DNA of 52,474 nucleotides from Octopus bimaculoides (lineage: Eukaryota), in the NCBI RefSeq assembly GCF_001194135.2, contig NC_068991.1, forward strand, positions 5,308,515 through 5,360,988. The letters are read 5' to 3'. Below, in pieces: positions 36,543 through 47,787 of this stretch; the stretch's first letter is position 1; every line of letters begins with the position of its first letter. The notes below the pieces were generated by a model. The model ran no database searches. It was given only the letters and a program-made list of their open reading frames with translations, and was not told the DNA's origin. The position numbers and the translations under genes were made by a program.

Positions 36543-38200
36543 NNNNNNNNNNNNNNNNNNNNNNNNNNNNNNNNNNNNNNNNNNNNNNNNNNNNNNNNNN
36601 NNNNNNNNNNNNNNNNNNNNNNNNNNNNNNNNNNNNNNNNNNNNNNNNNNNNNNNNNNNNNNNNNNNNNNNNNNNNNNNNNNNNNNNNNNNNNNNNNNNN
36701 NNNNNNNNNNNNNNNNNNNNNNNNNNNNNNNNNNNNNNNNNNNNNNNNNNNNNNNNNNNNNNNNNNNNNNNNNNNNNNNNNNNNNNNNNNNNNNNNNNNN
36801 NNNNNNNNNNNNNNNNNNNNNNNNNNNNNNNNNNNNNNNNNNNNNNNNNNNNNNNNNNNNNNNNNNNNNNNNNNNNNNNNNNNNNNNNNNNNNNNNNNNN
36901 NNNNNNNNNNNNNNNNNNNNNNNNNNNNNNNNNNNNNNNNNNNNNNNNNNNNNNNNNNNNNNNNNNNNNNNNNNNNNNNNNNNNNNNNNNNNNNNNNNNN
37001 NNNNNNNNNNNNNNNNNNNNNNNNNNNNNNNNNNNNNNNNNNNNNNNNNNNNNNNNNNNNNNNNNNNNNNNNNNNNNNNNNNNNNNNNNNNNNNNNNNNN
37101 NNNNNNNNNNNNATATATATATATATATATATATACAATGACTTTTGAATAGAAGCATCATTGATTGCAACTCGGAGTTCCAACCCAACGATTCCACGCA
37201 GTTCTCAAACTTGAGATGCAAAAATGCTGTCTTCTCGGTATACAAGATTAATGCCCGTTGAATGAAAATCTAATATATATAAAAAAATATATATAGTCAC
37301 AGTCGTGTGTGTGCGTGTCACCATTTTGTATGTGTTACCATATGCGCATGTGTATTTGTAACGAGTTTTGTGTACGTGCATGTCTGCAGGTTACTAAACG
37401 TGTCTGCGTGCGCAGGTATATAATCAAGGTAAGACGCTAGAGGCGTAGAACATCGAGCTAATAGAGCGTGGTTAAGTGACGTCATCTTTATACAATTTTC
37501 ACGAAAACATACGTGATCGATAAATAATATTAAATTCTGTACTCTGACCGAGACAGTTGAGTAAACACCACTTATGAAAGACATACCGCGAGCAAGGTAG
37601 CAGAGATCATAATCTGTGTGAATATGTGTGGTTGTATGGGTATGGTACGATTTTGGTTTATACTAATGCAGAACTAAAACTCCATGAATATATAGGTGTT
37701 TTTGTGCGTATCCGTGCGTGCGTGCATGTGTATGTGTGCATATATGTGTGTGATTGTGAATATATATATATATATATATANNNNNNNNNNNNNNNNNNNN
37801 NNNNNNNNNNNNNNNNNNNNNNNNNNNNNNNNNNNNNNNNNNNNNNNNNNNNNNNNNNNNNNNNNNNNNNNNNNNNNNNNNNNNNNNNNNNNNNNNNNNN
37901 NNNNNNNNNNNNNNNNNNNNNNNNNNNNNNNNNNNNNNNNNNNNNNNNNNNNNNNNNNNNNNNNNNNNNNNNNNNNNNNNNNNNNNNNNNNNNNNNNNNN
38001 NNNNNNNNNNNNNNNNNNNNNNNNNNNNNNNNNNNNNNNNNNNNNNNNNNNNNNNNNNNNNNNNNNNNNNNNNNNNNNNNNNNNNNNNNNNNNNNNNNNN
38101 NNNNNNNNNNNNNNNNNNNNNNNNNNNNNNNNNNNNNNNNNNNNNNNNNNNNNNNNNNNNNNNNNNNNNNNNNNNNNNNNNNNNNNNNNNNNNNNNNNNN

Positions 38201-38245
<45 letters not shown>

Positions 38246-38399
38246 GAGAGATAACAGATAGATAGATAGCTTTTCTAGACTGAGGGTTCAAGTTTAAATT
38301 ATTCACTTCCACTCACAAAACACACACATCCCACAAATACACCCACCCACACACACACGCAAATATGTATGTAATATGTATGTATATATGTATCGTGCA

Positions 38400-38406
38400 T
38401 GTATGG

Positions 38407-38438
<32 letters not shown>

Positions 38439-38495
38439 TGTATGCATGTTGGTAGGTAGGTAGGTAGGTAGGTAGGTAGGTAGGTAGGTAGGTAT
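38400..38495. repeat. (TATG)n(GGTA)n compound tetranucleotide repeat
   Basis: Directly visible. Confidence 0.95.
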
Positions 38496-39010
38496 GGAGG
38501 TTTGCATCACCTATATTCTATTTACGTATGATATGCATAGGTGTATATTCGGGTGTTTACGTTTATGAATCTGTGTCTTTCTCTGTTTTATTCTTCTGCA
38601 CTACAGCCAACGGAAAGGCTGATTGTTACATTTCTAATGAATAGACAGACAGAAGAAATAAGCTAATGTATAGAAAGATATTTATGTAACACAGAGCTTA
38701 CACGAAATAGACGCCATGTTTTTTTTTTAATATGTGATTGGTAGTACAAAGATCGATAATATAATTGCACAGAATGTACTTACAATACGTTCAAATATTG
38801 TCCCTGACCTGGTTCCAATCATGGTAGTCAGTAAATGCATTGATGTGTGTGTGTGTGTGTGTGTGTAACTCATGAATTGGCTTCCTTGTTGGAAGTAATA
38901 TTTATAGAACATAGAAATATGTCAAGATGTTTTGGAAATGCGAGGAATGCGGTAATGACCGGAAAGTGAGATAAGGTATGTATTGTGTCTCTATACGTGC
39001 CTGTGTCGAC

Positions 39011-39053
<43 letters not shown>

Positions 39054-39056
<3 letters not shown>

Positions 39057-39186
39057 CGGCTCGGCAAAAGACAAAGGTAGAATATGTACCAGGCTTACAA
39101 AGAATGAGTCATGAAGTCGATTTGTTTGACTAAAGGCGGTGCTCCAGCATGGCCTCAGTCAAAATGACTGAAACAAGTAAAAGGAT
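39054..39186 (+). mobile_element. SINE family A, 3' half directly after a (TG)n run
   Basis: tagcggctcggcaaaaga...ctaaaggcggtgctccagcatggcctcagtcaaaatgactgaaacaagtaaaag. Confidence 0.88.
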
Positions 39187-39242
39187 ATATGAGCTAATAG
39201 AAATAACCCCGAGTGGCCAGTCATATATTTGTACAGCATCGT

Positions 39243-39634
39243 AAGGCTGCGAGCTGGCAGAAACGTTAGCATGCTGGTCGAAATGCTTAGCGGTATTTGG
39301 TCTGCCACTACGTCCTGAGTTCAAATTCCGCCGAGGTCGACTTTGCCCTTCATCATTTTGGGGTCGATAAATTACATACCAGTTACGCACTGGGGTCGAA
39401 CCCCTGGTGGGTAGTAAAGACATAAGAAACTTTAGCACGCCGGGCGAAATACTTAGCGGTATTTCGCCTGTCTTTACGTTCTGAGTTCAAATTCTGCCGA
39501 CGTCACATTGCCGTTCATCCTTTCATGGTCCATAAATTAAGAACCTGTTGCGTACTGGGGGTCTATCTAATCGAATGCCCCCCCCCCCACTTCCCACAAA
39601 TTTCGGGCTTTGTGCTTAGAGTAGAAAAGAATAT
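39243..39634 (+). mobile_element. SINE family B dimer (left monomer with internal deletion plus right monomer)
   Basis: Head aaggctgcgagctggcagaaacgttagc, ccagttacgcactgggg, junction cccctggtgggtagtaaagacata|agaaactttagcacgccgggcg (39424/39425), second B-box, cctgttgcgtactgggg and tail gagtagaaaagaatat. Confidence 0.92.
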
Positions 39635-39879
39635 GGACAGCATCGAGAAATACGTATTTACATTCTCTTTTACTCTTTCTTTTCCGGCTATAATGTGCAT
39701 ATACGAATGTACGGATGAGTATTTTTGATAATATTTATAAGCGTAAAAGGGAAATCGTAGAGGAGTTGACGGTTTTTATATATGTTTCTGCACTGAAAAT
39801 TGTTACAGTATATCTGAAGATATTATGACTAAATTACTTCATATTTAAAACTGGTCTACGGTTACGTAAGGAGGGTAAT

Positions 39880-40030
39880 AACTATTGTCTCAGCGATACA
39901 AGTACAAACTGATAATACGTGAAGCTGTGTCTTGCCGACTTTGCAAATACAAGGACGATGCATTAAAAAGCTTTGTCCCAAAAATGATATAATTGAAAGA
40001 AGGCAAAATGTGGCACAACCCGAAACGCCT
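39880..40030 (+). mobile_element. Possible decayed R4/NeSL-type non-LTR retrotransposon CCHC knuckle
   Basis: Joining two frames gives EAVSCRLCKYKDD / IKKLCPKNDIIERRQNVAQ, resembling KCRLC...ETI.HI.S.CPKLA..EY..RH..VA. Requires a frameshift and a short deletion. Confidence 0.25.
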
Positions 40031-40639
40031 TTGAAATTGCGATCTTCTAAACCTGCATTTAAACAAGAATCTCAAGAGTAAAACGTATGATTATCGGAAA
40101 ATAATAAATACTTCAGTAAACGCATTCTTGGGATTTAAGTTTTCTTTAACCGCTCCAAACTTCCGATAAACTCATAATTATTCACTTCGTTTGGATTCAG
40201 TCTAATCTATGTATCCTATCCATAATTTATAAATGAATAGATGGAAAAACAGATAAACATTATGTGTCGATATATCATCTGATATTCTAAAAATTATATT
40301 TATTTAATCACAAGCATTAAACTTCAAATATTTAATTAAATATTATTAAAAACAATTATTAATTTTCCTCAGATTCCAAAAACGCCAATTTGTTAAGCAA
40401 AACACATCAAAATAGATATGTACATAAATTAATACACGTCATTTCATAGTTAGTATACGTCTAGTTCTAAATTACGTGGAATGCATTATTTAGTTAGGTG
40501 TAACTAGATACTTGATAATAACTCAATTATCATAATATTTACTTCGTATATTAAATATCACTTTATTCATGTACACCGAGAGAAAACATAAACTAGTTAA
40601 AAAGAAATTTGTCTGCTTTCCAATAATTTACTTGGTACA

Positions 40640-40790
40640 ATAGTTAAAGCGTCGGCAAAACGAATTTGTGGCATCTCTTCAATTTTTTTTTTTTTTTTTT
40701 ACGGTCTGAGTTTAAATCCGGCCAGGACCAACTATAATTGTATCCATTCACTGTTGACGAAATATAATACCTGTTGTGAACCGAGTAAAC
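40640..40790 (+). mobile_element. SINE family B, heavily decayed
   Basis: gcgtcggcaaaacgaatttgtggcat...ttacggtctgagtttaaatccggcc...tgacgaaatataatacctgtt. Confidence 0.5.
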
Positions 40791-40849
40791 GTAGCCTCTG
40801 TACATTGTTGACTATGGCGCCAACTGGTGAATGTTTTTGAAGACAATGG

Positions 40850-41057
40850 AGAAGTGGGATCGTTAGCGCGTCGAACAAACTGCTTAGCGGCATTTCATCC
40901 AGTTGTTTACGTTCAGAATTCAAACACGACCAAAGTAAATTTTGCCCTTCAATTTTTCTAGCTCAATAAAATTAAGTACCAGTCATTACTGAAGTCGATG
41001 TATTCGACTTGTTCCTCCCCTCAGAATTGTTAGCCTTGTACCAAAATAGAAAGAACT
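40850..41057 (+). mobile_element. SINE family B, diverged, third tail variant
   Basis: atcgttagcgcgtcgaacaaactgcttagcggcatttc...aattaagtaccagtc...gttagccttgtaccaaaatagaaagaa. Confidence 0.75.
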
Positions 41058-41499
41058 GTCATAATTTCGTGGTTTACAGCACAGTTTTATTCTTATATTC
41101 GACTACAATATTCACCATGTTGTGTGATATTATTTTGTCGAGGGCTTGTATTCTTATGTCTACAAAATGAATAAAGCTCTATTTCTTTTGAACGTGCCAA
41201 ACCAAATTTCTTGCGAAAACTCCAGGTAATTTCAAGAATTTTATGATATCTACAGTTTTTCGTACCTGTAGTCTTTGCTATCGGAAACAGTTAACAAAGC
41301 ATTTAATCCCTGCAAGTATACGGCATTGAAAAGACCCAAAAAGACACACCGCATCTGGCGTTCTTGCTGACAGCTGCTGGGACGGATTTTCTCCAGCCTT
41401 TGATATTTATTGTGTTTTAAAAGATTTTATCTACCGCAGTAATACACAGATGGATCGTCATTTCTTTAGCCATTGCTAGCTGTCTTTTTATCCCTTATC

Positions 41500-42172
41500 T
41501 TTTTCTAACTTCTTGTAAAACCCAAAGTGGTGTTTCTCCACATCAAGAATCGATTTCCACTTTTCTCTGCTGCTTTTGGTCTCCATGAAAACCCGTAAAT
41601 AGGCATTCCTTTATTACCTTTTTAAGTAGAGTGTCTTCCTCTACTTCTATGCAGACGAATAGACTGTTCTTCTCTCTTCTTCTACTATACCTTCGATTCT
41701 CATTACAACTATATCATTTTTTTTCAGTTCAATCATTCAGACTGGACATCCTCTCTCTGTTTGTGTGGGTGTGTAGTTATAATACAGTTTATGGTCATTT
41801 CGTTATTCTATCAGAAATTTTTCTACTACATGTTTATATAACCTTGCTTTCATCGGAATTTGGTTTGCGCTGACATAATTTCCAATTTATGAAAGACTCC
41901 CAATTGCACCATGTCTGCAGATATAGTCTTTCTTAATTAGACGGCGCAGCTAGAAACAATAGAATTAATTGTCTCTTCCCATCTCCCTCATTCATATTTT
42001 GTAGTTATGTAATGTTTTCTGCTTCATTACATTTTCTGAGGGCAAAGCTTTGATCATGCTCCACAAACAAAACTCTTTGAATCTCACCTTTGAGTCCTGC
42101 GCTTCTCAGCCGGAGTTGCAATTTTCCTATATTGATTTCCAAACCTATTCACTTTGTTCTGGTTTTCGCCAT
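41500..42172 (-). mobile_element. RTE-type LINE remnant, RT C-terminal half to ORF end, many stops and frameshifts
   Basis: Collinear minus-strand motifs IGLEINIGK (cf. GLKINxxKTK), GEIQRV, LYLQTW (cf. LYGSETW), KLCQRK, ISDRITK (cf. WxDRITNE), EEDTLLKKV (cf. MExDRLxKxV) and KWKSIL, in the order and roughly the spacing expected for RTE-clade ORFs. Confidence 0.55.
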
Positions 42173-42465
42173 GCAGTGTAGTCACTTGCCACAGCCTTAA
42201 CATAACATTTTCTAATCACATATTTATCTTAGTTTTTTTCAACATTTTCCAATTTTTTTTTTTTTTTTTTTGGCCNNNNNNNNNNAATTATTCCTAAACA
42301 GAGAAAATTAATTTTTTAGAAATTTTTAGCAAATTTTTTTTAATGTCTGATAGTTTTACTAGATACTCTGGAGTCAAACAATGGTTGTTATGTTGTAGCT
42401 TGTTGCTCTTAAAATTGTCATTGTTGTTGTTGTAGTGTTTCTTGTTGTTGTTGTTGTTGCTGCTG

Positions 42466-42647
42466 AGTCGTTGGATGTCGGTCAAAATGCCTAACAGCAT
42501 TTCGTTCGTTTTTACGTTCTGAGTTCGAAATCTGCGTTTCATCCTTTCGGAATCAATAAAATTAAGTGTTAGTTAATTACTGATGTTGATGTAATCGACT
42601 TAACCACTTCCTTGAACTTGCTGGCCTTGTGCCAAAAATTTGAAACC
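42466..42647 (+). mobile_element. SINE family B, third tail variant, ending in (ATT)n
   Basis: gtcggtcaaaatgcctaacagcatttcg...gagttcgaaatc...gtaatcgacttaacc...gctggccttgtgccaaaaatttgaaacc. Confidence 0.8.
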
Positions 42648-42677
42648 GTTATTATTATTATTATTATTATTATTATT

Positions 42678-42885
42678 GAGTGAACCAGCAGCCGCAATCC
42701 ATCAAAGTGACACAGGGGTAAAATATACGAAGCCCAGTACACCCATCATGTATAACCGTCTCATAAGGATACACCAAGCACATGCATCACAACTATATGT
42801 GCGCGACATGGTGACTTTATATTAAAACAAATACCGCATGACGTTCCAGGAGGGGCCCAGTTAGAATTTTCTTCAGGTTGAGTAG
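42678..42885 (-). mobile_element. Dispersed retroposon-type repeat D (3' end with (AAT)n tail)
   Basis: catcaaagtgacacaggggtaaaatatacgaagcccag...ggggcccagttagaattttcttcagg matches a repeat I recall as abundant in octopus DNA. Orientation inferred from the adjoining (AAT)n tail. Single copy in this window. Confidence 0.55.
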
Positions 42886-43133
42886 AGTCCAAGGAATAAT
42901 ATTTAGAAATAACTTATGAATATGCCAAAACATACGTAGCTATGCATTAATAAATATACAAAATCTCCATCAGTGAGTTATTTCTCTTTATCAATATACT
43001 TATCCTACGATACACGGAACACCGCATACATAACCATCTCATACAGTCAATTTGGTAGTGGGAAATGATATACGCTAGCCAGCAACAAGTAGCATAGGAA
43101 TATTTATGAGAGTAATGACGGACGTCTGTCATA

Positions 43134-43168
<35 letters not shown>

Positions 43169-43450
43169 TCTGCATTTTTCTATATTTTTGTGCAGCTGAG
43201 GATTGCTCTACATATTGCATTTAATGTAACGCTCGCATTACTTAAATAAATGGAGTAGCATGAAACGTGCGTACTGCAGTCATCTTTAAAATGCGTGTTG
43301 CTTATTTTGATATATATATATATAAATATATATATATATGTATTATGTATGTATGTATGTATGTATGTATGTATGTATACATGTATGTATATATATATAT
43401 ACATGCATGTATGTATAATTTTTGTGTTTGTACTCCACCTCACTACTTAG

Positions 43451-43632
43451 TAACCGGTGTTAGTTCGTTTATGCCCATGTAAACCAGCTGTCTGGCCAAA
43501 AAAATCGACAAAATATGTGCCAGATTTAAAAACAAAAACATGAGTACTGGAGATCGATTCGTTCGCCTATAACCTTTTAAAGGCGGTGCCCCAGCATGGC
43601 CGCAGTCCATTTAACTGAGGCAAGTAAATGAC
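43451..43632 (+). mobile_element. SINE family A, 3' half
   Basis: gagtactggagatcgattcgttcg...aaaggcggtgccccagcatggccgcagtccatttaactgaggcaagtaaa. Confidence 0.8.
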
Positions 43633-44106
43633 AAAAAGTTAAATAATGTTTAGCTATTAGCATATAAAGAAACAAATAATAACTAAAGCGAAAATGTTTT
43701 TATTTGTAATAATTTATTTATGTAAAAAATATATTAAAAAAATAATAATAATAAAAGATGACATTTTAACATTTACAAAAACACGCAAATATCAAACTTT
43801 CAGATTGTGAGCAGCTGCCTTGAAGAATTTTTTTTCTTTCCTTCTTTTGTTCGGAATCATAATTGTCTATCACTTATCAAATGCATTCTTCATATCTCTG
43901 TATTTCTTCGTTTTTTAGCTGTTAATATTTTTTTTTCTTTTATTACCTCGATAATTTTTCTTTCTTTTCTTCGAATTTGGCACTCGTTTATATCAGTTGC
44001 AATCAACATATTCTTCATCAGCTTTTAATGTATGAGTTATTCTCAGTGATAACTAACTCCATTATTTTTCTGGAAGCATCATCTTCATGATATAACGTCA
44101 GATATT

Positions 44107-44836
44107 AGGCGCAGGATGTGGCTGTAGAGTTAAGAAGCCCGTTTTGCAACCATGTGCATACAGGTTCGTTATCGCTGCTCAGCGTCCTTGAGTGTCTTTT
44201 AATATTTTACTATATATCCCCGGCCCGACAAATATCTTGTGAGTTAATTTGCTAGTAGGAAACTGTATAGAAGCTCATCGTGTCTGTACACATACATACA
44301 TACATACATGGTAAAGATTCCCTTCTGTGATGAATGACCATTGCATTTCACCTTCAAACCTCCCCTCCGAGGCACAAATGCGGGAAAAGTTGTTTATGGA
44401 AGACCAGCAGTCGCCCACGCATATCCAGCTCCCCTCTGTACGCCAATAGTGTTATCCAAGGGAAAGTCAAAGGCCGATACAGCTTGGTACCTGTGACGTC
44501 GAGACTCATTTCTAAAGCTAAGTGAACCAGAGCAGCGCGAAATAAAGTGTCTTGCTCAAGAACACAACAAACAGCCCGGTCTAGGAATTGAACTCACTAC
44601 CTCATGTTATATCCAAACTGAGTAAGCGGAACAGTAAAATGCTAGCTACATATGTTTCTTTTTGTCATCTGTTTGCTGATTTGCTTAATTCCTCATAACT
44701 TAGCGCTTGGAGGAAAAAAGAGCGATAGTATAAGTACCAGAGTTCAAAGTATCGGAATCGATTTGGTCGACTAAACACTTCCTGATGATGCTCCAGCAGA
44801 GCCGCAATTAAATAAACGAAGCAAATAAAAGATAAG
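44107..44836 (+). mobile_element. SINE family A split by a nested family C insertion
   Basis: 5' half 44107-44285 (ggcgcaggatgtggctgtagagttaagaag...ggaaactgtatagaagctcatcgt) and 3' half ~44660-44836 (ataacttagcg...gatgctccagcagagccgc...aaataaaagataag). Confidence 0.7.
44290..44607 (-). mobile_element. SINE family C, near full length, with (TATG)n 3' tail
   Basis: ggaagaccagcagtcgccc...ggccgatacagcttgg...aaataaagtgtcttgctcaagaacacaac...ggaattgaactcactacctcatg. B-box gagttcaattcc on the minus strand. 3' end adjoins catacatacatacat. Confidence 0.85.
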
Positions 44837-45224
44837 ACTTATAAAAAATATAGTTAAAAGGTCGAGTCGTGTCTGAAACGGAATTATATTGATCCGTTCT
44901 TCGATTTACATTCAGGTTAAATGAAACGGCTTTGGAATATTCAGTCAGTTAGACGCTAATCCAATGAGCAAATGAATCAGTTGATCGAATGATTTAAATA
45001 GTGATCGTCGAAACCGACGAAGATCCATTTACTTGTCAGGCAGCATATGGAACTAGAACTAAATTAAATCGTCAAGTATCAAAGCGCAAAATAAATTTAA
45101 TATGAAGAGAATCTCGATTAAATTTTATTAAACGCTGGATTTGACATGTTATATGTACGCATAAATACACACATGTATAGCTATGAATGTGAATACGCAC
45201 ACACACACATGTATACACACACAC

Positions 45225-45389
45225 ATAAATATATATACATATACAGAGTGTATGTATATGAAACAGCGCGGAATTAAGTTATTAACGTAATGGTTAGCAT
45301 TTAATTCCTATATTTACTTGCGAATAAATATATATACATATACAGAGTGTATGTATATGAAACAGCGCGGAATTAAGTTATTAACGTAA
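45225..45389. repeat. 99-bp-period tandem duplication running into a gap
   Basis: 45225-45290 is repeated identically at 45324-45389. Confidence 0.93.
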
Positions 45390-45984
45390 NNNNNNNNNNN
45401 NNNNNNNNNNNNNNNNNNNNNNNNNNNNNNNNNNNNNNNNNNNNNNNNNNNNNNNNNNNNNNNNNNNNNNNNNNNNNNNNNNNNNNNNNNNNNNNNNNNN
45501 NNNNNNNNNNNNNNNNNNNNNNNNNNNNNNNNNNNNNNNNNNNNNNNNNNNNNNNNNNNNNNNNNNNNNNNNNNNNNNNNNNNNNNNNNNNNNNNNNNNN
45601 NNNNNNNNNNNNNNNNNNNNNNNNNNNNNNNNNNNNNNNNNNNNNNNNNNNNNNNNNNNNNNNNNNNNNNNNNNNNNNNNNNNNNNNNNNNNNNNNNNNN
45701 NNNNNNNNNNNNNNNNNNNNNNNNNNNNNNNNNNNNNNNNNNNNNNNNNNNNNNNNNNNNNNNNNNNNNNNNNNNNNNNNNNNNNNNNNNNNNNNNNNNN
45801 NNNNNNNNNNNNNNNNNNNNNNNNNNNNNNNNNNNNNNNNNNNNNNNNNNNNNNNNNNNNNNNNNNNNNNNNNNNNNNNNNNNNNNNNNNNNNNNNNNNN
45901 NNNNNNNNNNNNNNNNNNNNNNNNNNNNNNNNNNNNNNNNNNNNNNNNNNNNNNNNNNNNNNNNNNNNNNNNNNNNNNNNNNNN

Positions 45985-46044
<60 letters not shown>

Positions 46045-46249
46045 TGTGAGTATCAGACAAAACCAATCAAGCAAAGCATACGGCTCTCTACATTCGATGA
46101 TACTTGATATATAAAACGAAACGATTGCAGCGTGAAACTTGAAGATGTCTTAATCATGAACATTTTTATGCATGTTATTTTCAGTTGTACATAATTGAAG
46201 TCTGATATCATGCGACAGTAAGCCATGTAGTTTTACACAACATATATTC

Positions 46250-46570
46250 TTTAAATAGTATTTGATGTGATTTAAGGAAAATTGTCCGTCATCTGTAACG
46301 TGTCATTTGATTCAACAAAGTAGACGTTTCGTTGTTGGCACGTGATTGTAACAGAAGCAGTCATGTGTTTGTTCGACTTACGTATGAAATCTTCTTCGTC
46401 CATGCATATTTCGTCGCAGATGGAAATGTATTCCTTGCGAGCAAGACACCTGAGAGAAACAGATGCCGCTTCAACATCGATCTCAACACCTCTCTAATGG
46501 CTTCTTTCCACTTCGCCTCCTTCAAATGTCAACAGCATTGATGACATGCCAAGATATTTTGACAGCTTGC
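46250..46570 (-). mobile_element. Possible decayed maT/DD37D mariner-like transposase N-terminus
   Basis: Frames give EAKWKEAIREVLRS / SLRCLARKEYISICDEICMDEEDFIRK / ...GQF, loosely matching EWKRxAI...IRA, IRKELE..DGDY..RK and YKMRKGQFLS of maT-type transposases. Confidence 0.3.
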
Positions 46571-47084
46571 GAAGGAAAGCGACGAAGAGATGTGTCTATA
46601 TCTTCAGTAAATGTGTGAAATATTTGGAAATGCTAACATTTTCAATTTCTAGAAAGCTAACACTAAATCTTCTTGCCTTCTTTAATAATAACATTAAGAA
46701 ACAGTGAGTTCCTCAAAATTCTTCGCAACCGCAATACGAAGATCACTGGGCTTACAAGCAAGAGCTAAACAGTTGATTATATCTTCAAGGATATTTATTT
46801 TGTCAAATTCAGAAGTTCAAAAATCATAAACACTTCCTCAAACCGTGAGCTCTGAACACAAAAGAATTTAAATAAATGCGGCGATGCATTTTCTTTGAGG
46901 CTTTAAATATTCTGTATTAACTTTTGGCGTTTCTAACAATATAATACTTACAAACGCGTTGCCAGTTCAAATATACCTGGGGCATATTCGAACTCATTTC
47001 TAGCGAGTCTGTATTTATGCACATCTCTGCTTAGCGCTGTCACCCCGTATAATATTTACAATAATTATTTTCTTGGGTTTATGA

Positions 47085-47690
47085 TGAGGAATATTTAAAA
47101 TTCAATCCTGGGAAAGTACTGAGTAGTGTGCTGCTGGAAAGGGTGAGAGATGCTGCTAATGCAGACATGTTGTAACAATGCCTCCTAATATTGTCTACTA
47201 ATTTAACAATAATGGTATGACATGAAGTAAATTTGACTGCTATTTTTGGAAAGTCGTCAACCATGCAGAAGCCTGCCGTCGTTGGCTGGAGAATATTTTG
47301 CTATTGTCCTTTAAGCACAGAACAACTGATGATGAAACAAGTCTATGATGGAAACCGTTCAGGTTGAGACAATCCCGTCTGTTTTTGTATATCAGGAACT
47401 ACATTGCCTGCTCTCTTTTATATATAACCGTAGGACCCGATTTGACTTAAATGCTCTTTTGAACAGATCGAGAGGATCATACAAAAGCTTCCCCGTGGAA
47501 CACCCAGCCAGACGACATATAATGGCGTCAGCGTTTTGTTTGTCAGGGAAAGAGCAGAATATAGCTATATTTCTCACACCAACTTTAACTCCCTTTCATT
47601 CTCTTATAATTCTTTTCCGTTTATTCAGAGAAGTTGTTGATATAAGAAGCCGAATGAAGTAAGATTTACTTGAACACGGTGTGATAGATG
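47085..47690 (+). mobile_element. RTE-type LINE remnant, RT N-terminal half
   Basis: PGKVLSSVLLERVRDAA (cf. PGKV(L/F)xxxLLERMRxAVD), KSSTMQKP (cf. EKSxEWQxP), MKQVYDG (cf. IxxLYDG) and KSFPV in the expected order, with stops and frameshifts. Confidence 0.55.
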
Positions 47691-47787
47691 GCTGGAACAA
47701 GAGCTGAGATTACACACACAGATACATATTCCTACATCAGAATCATTATAATAAAGATTTATAAATATTCTCATTTCTTTTACACAG

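Noticed and set aside
45004-45027. Hairpin cgtcg-aaac-cgacg within gatc flanks
   Set aside because: Short and single, with no associated element or RNA family.
47079-47110. YDEEYLKF resembling the hAT/Buster BED-finger start
   Set aside because: Following residues fit LINE RT (PGKVLS..LLER) much better and no BED cysteines are present.
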